Shown: piece by piece, positions 38,693 through 50,416 of the stretch
Numbering within the stretch: position 1 is the first letter of the stretch
Layout: every line of letters begins with the position of its first letter
From: Lama guanicoe
Taxonomy: Eukaryota
Assembly: GCA_013239625.1 (NCBI GenBank)
Contig: MU054001.1
Location: forward strand, 7,634,746 to 7,698,745
Direction of reading: 5' to 3'
Length of the DNA: 64,000 nucleotides
Made by a program: the position numbers and the translations under genes
Notes under the pieces: model-generated
The model's input: the letters and a program-made list of their open reading frames with translations, nothing else
Databases searched by the model: none
Told to the model about the DNA's origin: nothing

Positions 38693-39949
38693 GTGCTCTC
38701 ACCTTGTAGGTCCTTATGTAACTGGGCGGTGTTAATCAGGATCGCCTGTTCTACATTATGTGGCGCTGCTGCCGTGTCACCTAGTTACTTTTTTCTGTGA
38801 GTATTCATGTATTATTCTCCAATGCATGGTACTACACACCTAAAAATGCTTTTTTCAGATGAAATATAGTGTACATTTTATATAATAATTCTGAAAAAAG
38901 GGGCAAAGAGGCTATCCTGGTACCACTACTCAGAGATAATAATTAACATTTTAACATCTCTTTACTGTTCTTTTCATCAGTGTGTATCAGCTCTGTCATA
39001 AAACAAGCGAGCCTTCTGTGCCTGTTTGCTGAGTAGACCTCCATTTTCCATTCGACTTATTACATGTTTTTCTACAATATTCTATCTCCCCTGGCATGAT
39101 TTTCAATGACCAGTATATCATTCTGTCTTATGGAGGCATTGTCCATTTTCCTTCGGACTTAAATAAACTTTAAAATTCCAAGTATACTTAACTGAAATAC
39201 TGAAAATAGAACTGTGGTGGTACAGGAAGGCCCCTACCTCCCTTCCCATTATTTCCTGAGAGTAAAAGCTGTTGAAAATTTGGTATATATATTTCATGAC
39301 CTTTATGCCTATGAGATACATATATATATATACATATGTGAAATCAATGTATACGTGTGTGTATATACGCCTTATTTAAAAATGAGACCATGCTATATGT
39401 ATTTCTGCAGCTCGCTTTATTCACTCAGGGGTATATCATAGACGTCCTCCCACCCCAGACTCACTCGGTCCTTTCAGATAGATTGGAGGGGTCTCCTGAT
39501 GTGTGGGTGTCGTCTCTTGTCCACGGACACCTTTAGAGGGAGAGTGCTGTGGACAAGGCCCTGGACCACAGCAAAACGCCGACTCCCTCAGCACCCGCAG
39601 CTCGCCGTGATTTACCGAATCATTCTCTTTATGGTGGACTGTTAAGTTTTCTCCATTTTCCACTGTCAGATAGGATGTTTGGCATCCTTCTTGTACAGAC
39701 ATTCCTGTGATCTTGTATGAGTATTCCTTTAGTTAAGGCTTCTGGAAATTTAGTCCTTGGATGTGACATTTACATTCATCACAGACTCCTTTCAAGTGAC
39801 TCTAGAAGTTCCTTCTCCTTTAGGGAATGAAAAGATGCACAATAACTTATGTAACCAATTCTCTATCTCTGGGTATGATTTCACTTCTGTTTTTCTTCCC
39901 ACCATTGTATACAGTGCTGTGTCAATGCCCTGATGGGTACATCTTTTTG

Positions 39950-41390
39950 GACTGATTTTTTTTTTCCCTAAAAGAAAAGATTCCTAGAAGTGGAGTTGAG
40001 TCTGTGTGTACGTACGTTTTTCAGAGTTTACATATGCATTGACGTGTCGTCCTCTGTAAAAGTCGCTCATGGTTTCTTCTCCCACAGATGGACACTAGCT
40101 AGAATATCTTAAAAAATATTTGCCAATATGATAAGCAAATTACTTTCTCATTGTTTTAGTTTGCATTTGATGACCAGTGAGGTTTTGAGCATTTTTCACT
40201 CATTAGCCATTTGACTTTTCTAAAATGAATGTTTCCTTTTGTCCTTTGCACACATTTAAGTGAGGGAGCTTCTTGTTGTTTTGTGACAGCTCTTTTTATG
40301 TTATGAAAATTAACTTCGTGTCTTCATCAACATGTATCACAGAGCTTTTTCTTGTCATTTCTTGCCTTTCGTTTTGTTCAGGAAGTTTTTTATTTTTGTT
40401 GTGGGTCAAAATATTCTTAAGGTAGAAAATGTCTTCCTTATGGGTTTTATCTTTGACATTATTCTTAGAAATACTTTCTTATCATGGAATAAATCTCTTC
40501 TGTAGGTTTTTTTAATCTCTAAGTTGGAGATGATAATATTACTTGTTATAGTGAGGGTAAGCTGAGTTAACAAGAGCAAAGTGGTGTATTTGCTGTTATT
40601 AGTACTTTTTAATGTTTACATCACTATCTGTAATTTATCTTGTGGTCACTATGGCAGGAATAGAATTTATTCTTTCCAGGTGATTCTCTGATTGTCCCAG
40701 GACAATTATTGAATTCATACTTTTCTCTTTGATTTGAAATCCCACGTGTACAAAATACTTACATACACTAGAGTCTCTTTTTGAGCTCATGGTTCCCTTC
40801 TGTCAATCTCCCTTCCTTACTCCAGCAACATATCTTACATATTGTAAAAATTTATTTAATAACTGGAAGTCTGAATTTTTTTTTTGATTCTTTTCTTCCA
40901 TCCCAAATTTTCTTGTCTTGTATTATGACTTTATTATTCCTGAAGAATTCCAAAATAATTTGTTCAACTAAAGAAAAACCAGATTGGAATTTTCATGGGA
41001 TTTTTTAGTATGTTTTAAATTATTCTTAGGAGAACTTATATCTTTACAAAACTGCTTTCCTCCATGCAATATATTGATGTCTCTTGATTCATACCTCTTA
41101 CTTTAACCCTCAGTACAGTCGTGTAGTTTCTCCATTTAGAACATGAGCAGTATTTTATAATTTATTGCAGATTATTGTTAAAGTTTTTGTTAACTTTGTA
41201 AGTGAGAATTTTCTGCTATTATATTTTTAGATGCTTAAAACTAACATTTAGAAAGAGAAATTCGGTTTTTCAATACTCACTTTGTAACTTGTCATTTAAA
41301 ATTTTAAGTATTAAGTACTCATTCCAGAATTCTTTCTTCTCTGTTTTTAAAAATTTGTTTCCAAGATTCTCAAAATGGTCATAGCTAAGT
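39950..41390 (-). mobile_element. Degenerate old L1 fragments
   Basis: Antisense L1-like motifs such as attcctagaagtgga, ctcattgttttagtttgcattt and gagaacttatatctttacaa; boundaries approximate. Confidence 0.5.
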
Positions 41391-42240
41391 AGTTTCGGTG
41401 GGGAGACAGATGGAGAGAGGTAGTGTGGCTCATGTACAAACTGTGAGCAGTTTCATGGCTGCCTTTAGGCTGGAGAAGCCACAGAACAGCCCAGGTTAGA
41501 CCAGGGGTGGCTTTGAATGCACTTGAAAGCCAGCTTTCCTGCCTGTATGGTGAAGCCTGGTGGGCGTGGCAGGTAGACGATCAAGGTCTGATCAAAGTCA
41601 TTGGCTGCACAGAGCGCTGTGTCTGTGAGAACTGGAGACCATTACCATGGGAAATGCTTGGTGCCAGGAACACTGCAGGGGTGCTGGGGAGCCTGTGTAT
41701 TAAGGATTTTCCAGTCCTGGGAGTGGGAAGATCAGACTCTGCATTCAGATCTCAGTTTAAATTCATCCTCTTTAGTTTACTGGTTCTCTGACTTTTGTCA
41801 AGTTATATATCCTCTTTGAAATCCTGTTTTCTTGTCTCTCAAAACAGGAGAATTACGGCCTGCTGCTAGAGTGTTTAATCAGGGTAAATGATATGTGTCT
41901 ATAAAATGCCATGTAAAGTCACAATCTCAGTGAGAAATGGGCTGTCGCCTCTTCTTCTGCAACTCAGTGCTCGACAAGACATGGGAGAAAGCCAGTCCCT
42001 AATTTGTGTGTGATGCAAGTAGGAACAAAGTTAATGTCTTGCCTTTCCCTAGCAGTATTCTTACTCCTTTGCTTCATTTACCTCTTTCCTTCTTTCCTTT
42101 CCCCTTTCCCCTCCTCCACCAAAAGAGACTGAGACTCTAAGAACACAAGATTCAAATTACTTTAAATGTTGTCTCATCCCCATGAAATGACAGTGACATT
42201 AAAAAAAAATCTGTACACATCCCAGACTTGATTATATTTG

Positions 42241-42244
<4 letters not shown>

Positions 42245-42270
<26 letters not shown>
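42245..42270. repeat. (AC)n microsatellite
   Basis: Perfect AC run. Confidence 0.9.
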
Positions 42271-42275
<5 letters not shown>

Positions 42276-43760
42276 CAGGCTACCTCCCTTTTGCTGAGGG
42301 AGAAGGACCACTTTTTCTGAGTTTTCATTCACTGAGCGTGAGAGCAAAGTCTCTTAAACAGAAATTCACCTGGCTTCGTGCATGGTTTTTTAAACTGGAT
42401 TTCTGCTTTGTGTCGATAAAAATATTCTCCTATTAGAAGAGGGGAAGTGGAAACATAGATATTCTGCTGAGATATTGGTGTCATCATATTTGAGTTGGAA
42501 AGGACTTAAGACAGCATAGAGTCGTAACTTTTTATGGGTGAGAATCCATGATAGTGTAACTTGGACAAGAACCCGGGTCTTCTGTCTTTGTGTCCACGCA
42601 GATGAAGAGGTAACTGGGTGGGGGATGGCAGGGATCCTTCTTGCTTGAGTACCAGTGTCTTGCTAGTTTTCATTGCTCAGCTGCCTTTAGTTTATGTCCA
42701 TGTGACCTCACATGGGAAGGTCACTCTGTCCTGATAGATTGAGTTTCTAATCAGCAAAAAATTCTGGAACCACTCATGGTTCCCAGAGATTTTCTGCTGA
42801 CCTGCTGACACTTTATATAAATGAGACCTAAGAAACTGCTGGGTATAAAATCCTTATTGTTATCATTTGCACTCAAGTTCCATAGGAATGGGGTGCTGTC
42901 TCAGGCAGTCTAAGGCTAGATCTGAACAAAGATAGGGTGATAGGATATGCAGCTGTACCCTCCCCAGTCGAATGGGATTTCCACCTTAGTTTTTAGAATC
43001 AGGCAGATTAGTTCAAATCTTGCCTTTACCAGTTATTAGCTTTGTGACCTGGAGGAAGAAACTTTACTTTTTTTGGGCCCAATTTTCTTTACCTGTAAAT
43101 AAGTTCTATATATATTTTAGGGTTTTTCTTTTAGAATTGAATGAGCTAATTCCCTCATTTATTCCTAAATACTGATCACATGGGTCTATGCTGGTGCCTT
43201 AGTAGTTGATTACTAAGGGACTCAGCAGTGAGATTGTGTGTGAGGCCCTCTGTATAATATAGCTTATATTCCAGGATATGCTTGTAAAAGACTGGATTGC
43301 AGTGGATTTTTAGTAAATGTCCATTCCTTTCCTAATCCCCATTGATTGTGTATATGTCTTTATACTAATACATGGACAAATTTTTATTGCAATTTAAGTC
43401 CCTTTGTAGTATTTAAAGTATGTAGCTATAACAAAAACACATGAAATAAAATGACTTGACTTTTATTTTCTTTTCAATAAGCAAAGCAAAATAAAATAGA
43501 AAAGAAAAGAAAAAGTTTTGAAGGAGTAGAAATAATTTTATTTCCATGGAATCAACTCCGTATGTTAGGTTTTTCGGTTGTGTTCTTAAAAAGCATATAA
43601 AATTGACAGGTTTTGACTTCAGTGTTGATAGCTGGGTGAGTATAGTTTCTTTTTGTGGTTGTCTTTGGTGAATTATTTGCACTAGATCATAAATAATGTG
43701 CATGTTATATATTGGAAATGAGGAAAGAGGGGAGACATACTACCTCCAATGCAGTCATTT

Positions 43761-44299
43761 TGTTACCGAGTCTAAACTCGTTCTGCTCGCCACATGACAG
43801 GCCAATAAACCGGGAGATGAGGTGTTGGAGTAAGGAATAGTGACTTTATTTGCAAAGCTGGCAGACCCAGAAGATGGCAGACTGATGTCCTGGAGAACCA
43901 TCTTCCAAAAGTCAGAATTCAGTATCCTTTTATACTAAAAAGGGGCGGAGGTGTGGTTGGTTGTTGGAAACTTCTTGCTGCATAAATTGCTTGTCCTTTG
44001 AATCCGCTGTTCTTGCAGCTGTCCTTGTGGATCAAATCATGTTGCCCCTGTAAAACCTCCAAAACAAACAAAGCTTATTCTCTATTTTGCAACGTGCCAT
44101 CACTACATAAGTGCACATGAGTTAGCATTCTTCAAGATCACGGGCCGGAGTATAGGCTGTCCTGGATATTTCAGTCTAAAGGCAACTTTCTTTTACAAAT
44201 GGTGCTGAGCTAGCATGTCTGAGCCTAGAAAACAGGGCACAGGGTTAAAGCCAAAGGAACAGGCCCAACATGGGTTCAAAATTGTTCTTTTGTATTACA
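43761..44299 (-). mobile_element. Solo ERV LTR (family A)
   Basis: TG...CA termini, near-TSD attt/attc, minus-strand AATAAA near 43845; similar to 6383-6900. Confidence 0.85.
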
Positions 44300-45460
44300 A
44301 TTCCCTTTTCTGCTTCATAGATAATTTTAGTAAGATACATGAGCAATTTTGTATTTTTGCTTCTTAATAACGGATAAGTGGGCCAACTATATTTTTGTGA
44401 GCAGGGATGCTGTGCAGGCATTGGGGTCACAGCAAACTCTTGTTGGGGGGGCCAACCCTGCAACATGTCTGATGTCCCGTGAGTCTTGGTGAGGGTCCCC
44501 CTAGCCAGCGGCTCTCTTCAGGAACCAGCATATGGGCATTGACCTCTGGATACCACATTTTCGGCTGCAGGAAATTTTTTCAGATACTGCGACTGAAAAA
44601 TCACTTCAGCTGGGGATAATTAGGGAAAAAAGGAAAAGGAAAAGTGTTTGGAGTAGAGTTGAAGAGAAGGACATAAGATCACGTAGTCTGAGTGCTTGGC
44701 AGCGGGGCCTCGGCAGAGAGGGGAGCAGAGGTGGGGAGAGGCCTGACTCCGGAACCAGCTCCTGCACCTGTCCCTGCGCCCAAGCCACATAGCTTTTAAT
44801 TGGCCTGGGCCACCTCTCTGGGCTGGATGTCACCCTGGGCAGAACATTGGGAATCGAAGGTAAGGGGTGGGCAGCACTCACCTAGGGGGACACTGTGGAT
44901 TTCGGTGAAGTCCACAGTGCCTTTTCTGGTCATGTGTCTTCACTTGTCCTTTACTTCAGGATCTGAGGAAGAGGAGAAAGGAACTCAGGTAGAGATCCAG
45001 GAATAAATCGGTCTGTGTTAAGAGAGGACAGACACAGTGACACGGGGAGCGAGGACACTTGCAGCAAAGTAAAATGACTTCACAACTATTGCTTCTGAGC
45101 TGCAGGTGTGAGAGAGCCTAAGCCTGTCTCAGAGTGCAGGGGAAAAGCGGAAAGGAATGGCAAAATTCCCACCGACAATTGAAATTTTGTCAAATAGCCT
45201 GCTACTGTTAATTGTATCACTTGAATGAATGCAACAATATTTCTGTGGGCATTTATAGGTTCACTCAACCCCACCAGCCCCTCTTGCCCCCATCGGGGAT
45301 GGGCTTTCTCAAGCACAGTGCCCCTCCTGCATGGGTGGGCCACGCTGCGGGGCCTCGCCTGGGGCCCGGCTGCTGGGGGCACTAAGTCCCTGAGGCAAGG
45401 GCTGTGATACACGACAGGAACATCTCTGCTCTTGACTGAGGGCCTCCTTTTCCCCTGCAG

Positions 45461-45584
45461 TGTAAGAATGCCGGTAACTGAGTTAGAAGCATGCTTCCAA
45501 GCTGTCCATCTACTTGGCATCCAGAAGCGGAGCCTGGAAGCTGCCGAATTTCTCCAGATTGCAGTCTACATTCACCTTCGTCAG
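45461..45584 (+). pseudogene. TRAPPC9: TRAPPC9-like exon remnant
   Basis: cttttcccctgcag|TGTAAGAATGCC...CGTCAG|gtgagt. CKNA, then a frameshift, then [37 protein letters not shown] versus [42 protein letters not shown]. 124 nt instead of 126. Confidence 0.93.
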
Positions 45585-48500
45585 GTGAGTGTATGTCCTT
45601 ACACAAGTGGAGGAATTACTGCAGTTTTCCTGGAACTTCTTCACCAATAGTCCATCTGATTTCTCGGTGCTAGGATTCAGTATGGCATGCTAAAAAATCT
45701 GGAGTCAGATCTTGAAACCCTGATGAAGAGGATTATTTATTTTATTTCTCTATATGATAGTTTTTACTTTCAAAATTCAGAATTTTTTGTTCTTTCAGGA
45801 ATTTTTTGGGGGGTTGGCAAAACAACTATGCTCTTACCATCTTTGTGACCTGTTGCTTTGTGCCTCTCACCTGTCTTCTGTCACTTGTGAGGCGGTTCCA
45901 TTTGTGACCCTGTCCGGGTTGTTCATGTTATAAAACATATAGTCTGTAAAAGTACATTCCCTTTTACTCTGAAGACATTCCACAAATACTACTTAAATCT
46001 GGGTGTGGTTTTATGAAGACAGAATCATTAGAACATGTACTTGCAGGTTGCTAGTGCAAAATCCCCAAATCAATAGTCTAGCTCAACATCTAAAATCTTT
46101 CTAATCTTCTTGGATTTGTATGGATAAGTGAAGCAGTTTGCTAAGAACTGAACACCAGGTTTAGAATACAGGCTGGTGTAGCTCAGCATGTATTCCTGAG
46201 CCAGCACTGTGCCAGAGGGAGGGGCTGAGGGGGAGAGGGTGGGGCCTAGGGAGAGGGTGGGGCCTTGGGGAAAGGGGAGGGCCAAGGAGGAGGGGGGTTC
46301 TGCCCTCCCTGAGCTGACCTTTTCATGGCAAACACCTTCACCAGGTGAAGAACTTGGAGTTTCTTCTAAGAACAGTAGGTATGAAAATAGTCTTAAAAGC
46401 ACGGGAGTGACAAAATGCCATTTGTCTCAAGTAGGGGAGAGCAGCTGGAAGGCCACTTGGGAGACTCGTGTGTCCAGGTGGGCAGTGTTGGTGGCTTCCA
46501 TCTGAGCAGTGGGACAGTCAGTGGGACAGTCACTGGGAAAAAGCGAACAGATTTTAGGCATGTTTATATGGTAAAAAGGAAAGGATGAATGATGTCTGTG
46601 AAGGTAGGATGCAGTAAGGTAAGGCCCAGGTATCTGGGTGGATTAATGAGGTAAATGATGGTCCTGCTTTGCTCTGAGGAGGGAATGCTGCAGAGGGAAA
46701 TCTGGGGGAAGTCTGCTGAGTTCAGCTGTGGGTAAAGTGAAAGGCTGTTAAATGTGTGGCTTGGGAGCTCAGGTGAGAGCCAGTGGCGAGGAGGGGGAGG
46801 GGAGAGAGACTTTCAAATCATTTTGTCTTGTGAACATACGAATAATTATGAGTAATGATACACTTACGCCTCTATATTCTGGATTTAAATCCCATTAACA
46901 TTTTGCTATATTGACTGCAGAGGTTCCTAATATTTTTTAATATAAATAAAATAAAAAGAAACAAAATAGTGAAGTTAATGACCATCTTAGAGTTGATGTG
47001 TGTCCTTGTATGTATTTTGATAGCCTCATCTGTTTATAACCATAATGTATAAAAAGTTAACTAGTTTAGCATAAGAGTTAAAAAAGAGACGTGACACACA
47101 GTTTTGGGGCTTGAAACCCTAGGTCCATCTTCTGTGACTGCCGGCGGGCCCCTCATCACAGCTGATTTCCTAGACTAGATGTTTGGAGGGAGGCTGCTGA
47201 AGGGAGTAAGAAGTGGCAATTGCTAGGGACACTGAAGAGGGAGACAAAAAGGGATTAAAGCCGATAAACTCAGTACAAACAAATACTCTCAAAAGAGAAA
47301 GAATCCCGCAGTGTTTTGAGCCACTTAGCGTAAGGGAACAAAACCACGTGGACCCAAACTCTTGAGCAGGTGAGTATTGTGGGTGGAAAGGTGTCATCAG
47401 AAAAGGGTTGAGAAAAGGCCTTTTGGTTTCCCTTGACGTTTCCAATAAGGATGGGGAGCAGAAGTGAAAACCCTCCACTTCAGTGGAAGCTGCTGTTTTG
47501 TGCGAAACTGACCAAAGGTTGAAGACCAGTCATCAGCGGTGCTGGCAAATGAAGAGACTTCTGGATTGGTTGGGGCACTTGCTGTGACTTCCTGGTGACC
47601 TGCTGGCTGAGGGCTATGAGGCGGGCAGTAGGTTTTCAGAATGACCCGGGCATAATCCCTGGCTCTAAGGCTGCTGGTCTGACTAGCAAACCTGGGCACA
47701 CACTGTCCTAATGGGGCAGCTCGGGATGTGGCTTGGGAAACCTGCAATGCTGAGGGCGAGAAGAGGGCTTCCCTGAGGGGGTGTCCATTTGGAGAGTGGA
47801 AACATCCTCCTGCAGGGGAGGAAGAGTCTCTGAGCAGGGAGCCGGATGCACAGGCAAGACCAGCCTGAGCACGGAGGATTTGGGGAGCCGGAATTCATAC
47901 AGTGGCCCGAACAGCCTTGTTCCTGAGAGACTGGAGGGAAAAGATGCTGAAAAGGCAGGTTAGGGTCAGACCCTGTGGTGGGTTATGAATGACAGGAAAG
48001 GACTGGTCAGTCAGGCACGAGAGAACCCTGTGGGCATCCCAGCTGGGGCGTCCCGCCGGAGGGAGGAGCAGAGTTATAGACTTTGCCACTTATTATCTCT
48101 GTGACTTTGAGCAATATCACCCCACCTCTCTCTATATATATCTTCATCTGTAAAGTGACACCATGACAAGCTCGTTTCATCAGAAGGCTTAGTTTAGCTC
48201 TGATACTCTTTGTCCAGTCCTGTCAGTGCTGCCCTGCAAGGTTCTGCAGTGGCTGCTCTTACCCTGAGGTGGGAGGGCGTAGAGGGACATTGTAATTCCC
48301 AAGGGCAGGAAGGGGTTGCTTTAAAAGCAGACATATAGCCTTCTGCAGCTGCAGACCTTCAGGCAGTTTGGTTGATGGTCCTGGAGAGGAAGTTGGAGGC
48401 CTTAGCATCCTCTTAAGATTTGTTTTCCCTTGGGGGCCGGATTTGCCTTTGCGGATTAATGTTGAAGATTTGGGCTTCTGGCAAAGCTGTTTTCAGAGAT

Positions 48501-48869
48501 GTTTATATACGTAACATATTGTATAAAATAAAATGCTTTTATTTAATGTGTGGGACTTTGCAGCTGTTGGGAACCAGTCTGTTGGCCTGGTCCCCACGGA
48601 GGACACTAGGGGTCAGCAGAGCGTGCAGGAGGGCAGGCAGCCCGCCATGCTGCTGCGGGGGTTTCTCCCCAGCAGGGCACTCTGCTGAGTTGACTCTTCT
48701 CTGAGTTTGGTTGCCAGATGAGCAGACAGCAAATTAATGAGTTCTGGTGGAATTGTACAATGACAGGTAGAAAGAGGGTGCCGTAGATTTTCAGGACTGG
48801 AACACGCTTTTAGTTCCTGATCCAGTGTGTTCCATAACAGAATTGATGAGTTGTGTCTATTCTGGGACT

Positions 48870-49356
48870 TGTCGACTGAAAGAAATGTGCAGCCTCAAAG
48901 TTTAGTTATGCTTTGTTTGGCGGGAGGACTCAAGGCGGGATACAGCCTTCAAATCTGTCTGAGGGACTGCTCCTAAGAAGTAGGGGAGGAGCTGGGATTA
49001 TATAGGAACTTAACAACAAAGACCAGGAAGTTGGAACAATAAAAGATTGCTTGTTATCTAAAGAAAACCAGACAAATCAAGTTCAAGAATTTAGTTCTTT
49101 TCTATGTATGGGAGGAAGCAAATATTTTGGCTCATTGAATTCATTCCTTTACAAGCACCTAGCTATAGGGCCAGTATCCTGTCTTTTCTTATTCTGAGTC
49201 CCCTCAGAGGGCACCACTGTGAGTGGCTGAGAGGCTGGGCTGCAGGCATGTCCTCGCTAGGGGGTGGCAGCAGCCGCTGATGACTTGGTTTTAGCATTCT
49301 TTGTTTACTGACATGGTTGCAGTATTTTCATTCACATTGTACTATTTTCATTCACA
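48870..49356 (-). mobile_element. 3' LTR of the provirus
   Basis: TGtcgactgaa...ttcattcaCA, adjoining gtgctcccccctgg (a polypurine tract on the minus strand). Confidence 0.9.
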
Positions 49357-50249
49357 GTGCTCCCCCCTGGCCCTAAATTCGACCAATATTTTGAGAGACA
49401 TTTCATGACTAATTTTGTCTCAGGGTGCTATGAAGGCTCATTCCTAGTTCAGGTTGAAGAATCTTCTGACCTGCCATTCAAGGTGTTAAGTGTTTTTATC
49501 AGGTCCTGTCGATACTAAAATTCTCTGGATCGCCTATCTTACTAGTCTATTATGATCCAGGAAATGTTTACCATTCGTTACTCATTCCCATACCTAGAAT
49601 CACAGTGTTAAAATTATTTTATGCAGGGTTATAAATTTTATGTATTTCTTCATTATGTTTTGCCATCATCAATCTTGTTGTAGGCTAGTTACACATTGGG
49701 AACTGTAAGAGAAAACAATCTTATAAAATAGACAGGATATAAATAATAAAGCTAGTAACGTTAATAAAGTCACGAGTAAGAATTTAATAGTCGAGAAGTT
49801 ATATTTTTGGTTAAAATTTTGCTTGTGTTTCTGATTGAGTTTGAGTGATCTTATGAGAAAATTCATATTTATGGTCAGGCTCAGAGCAGGTATTAATTGG
49901 ACAGGTGAGTTCTCCCACCTTGTAAGATCAACAGTGGCCTAAATAGAACTATAATTTCTTGTTAGAGTAAAGTTTCTGAGGGCTACCTAGTTAGAGCCTT
50001 GGAGTAGGGAAACCCACCAAGGTAACACAAAAGTACTAGACATAGGTAATTTACCATAAACTTAACAATTGGAGTAGTTCATAATCAAAGGTAGGAGAAA
50101 TTATCAAAGTAATTGGTATACAGGCCTGGTCCGGTGTCTTGGGTCAGCTGTCTGTCTCATATGCCATCTTCTTCTCATTCTAGCCTGGTAGCTTTTTCTT
50201 CATTTGGCATTGTTTTAAGGTTAGCAGTGCTCTATAGGCCAGTGCACAG

Positions 50250-50416
50250 CAGGGGCTATTTCTGATTGCAAATGAGCCTGAAAGTCAGTTTCCTTCAGCT
50301 TTGCTGTGTATGGTCTAGTTAAGAGTACCTGATAAAGGGTCCTTCCGTTCAGGTTGGAGACAGTTTTTTAAGTCACGCCTGTTCCAGTATGTATAATCCC
50401 CTGGCCGCAGGTCATG
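50250..50416 (-). pseudogene. Retroviral integrase C-terminal (GPY/F-like) remnant
   Basis: HDLRPGDYTYWNRRDLKNCLQPERKDP, a frameshift, then YQVLLTRPYTAKLKE; resembles the ERV1 pol pattern HxLQPGDxVYWK...LQPRWKGPYQVLLT...AAKL. Confidence 0.7.

Larger units (their letters stand above)
13517..45584 (+). pseudogene. TRAPPC9: Unprocessed (intron-containing) TRAPPC9/NIBP-like pseudogene, 5' part
   Basis: Five exon remnants translate to recognisable TRAPPC9 N-terminal peptides in the native order, mostly bounded by AG/GT at the native exon junctions. Several in-frame stops and frameshifts show this is not the functional copy. Confidence 0.93.

Noticed and set aside
44960..44988. Small AG/GT-bounded segment (SEEEEK) resembling the TRAPPC9 LSEEEK exon start
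   Set aside because: It lies upstream of the exon that should precede it, and the similarity does not extend.
13517..45584. Interpretation as the functional TRAPPC9 gene or as a processed pseudogene
   Set aside because: Multiple independent stops and frameshifts exclude function, and retained introns, splice sites and the microexon exclude a retrocopy.
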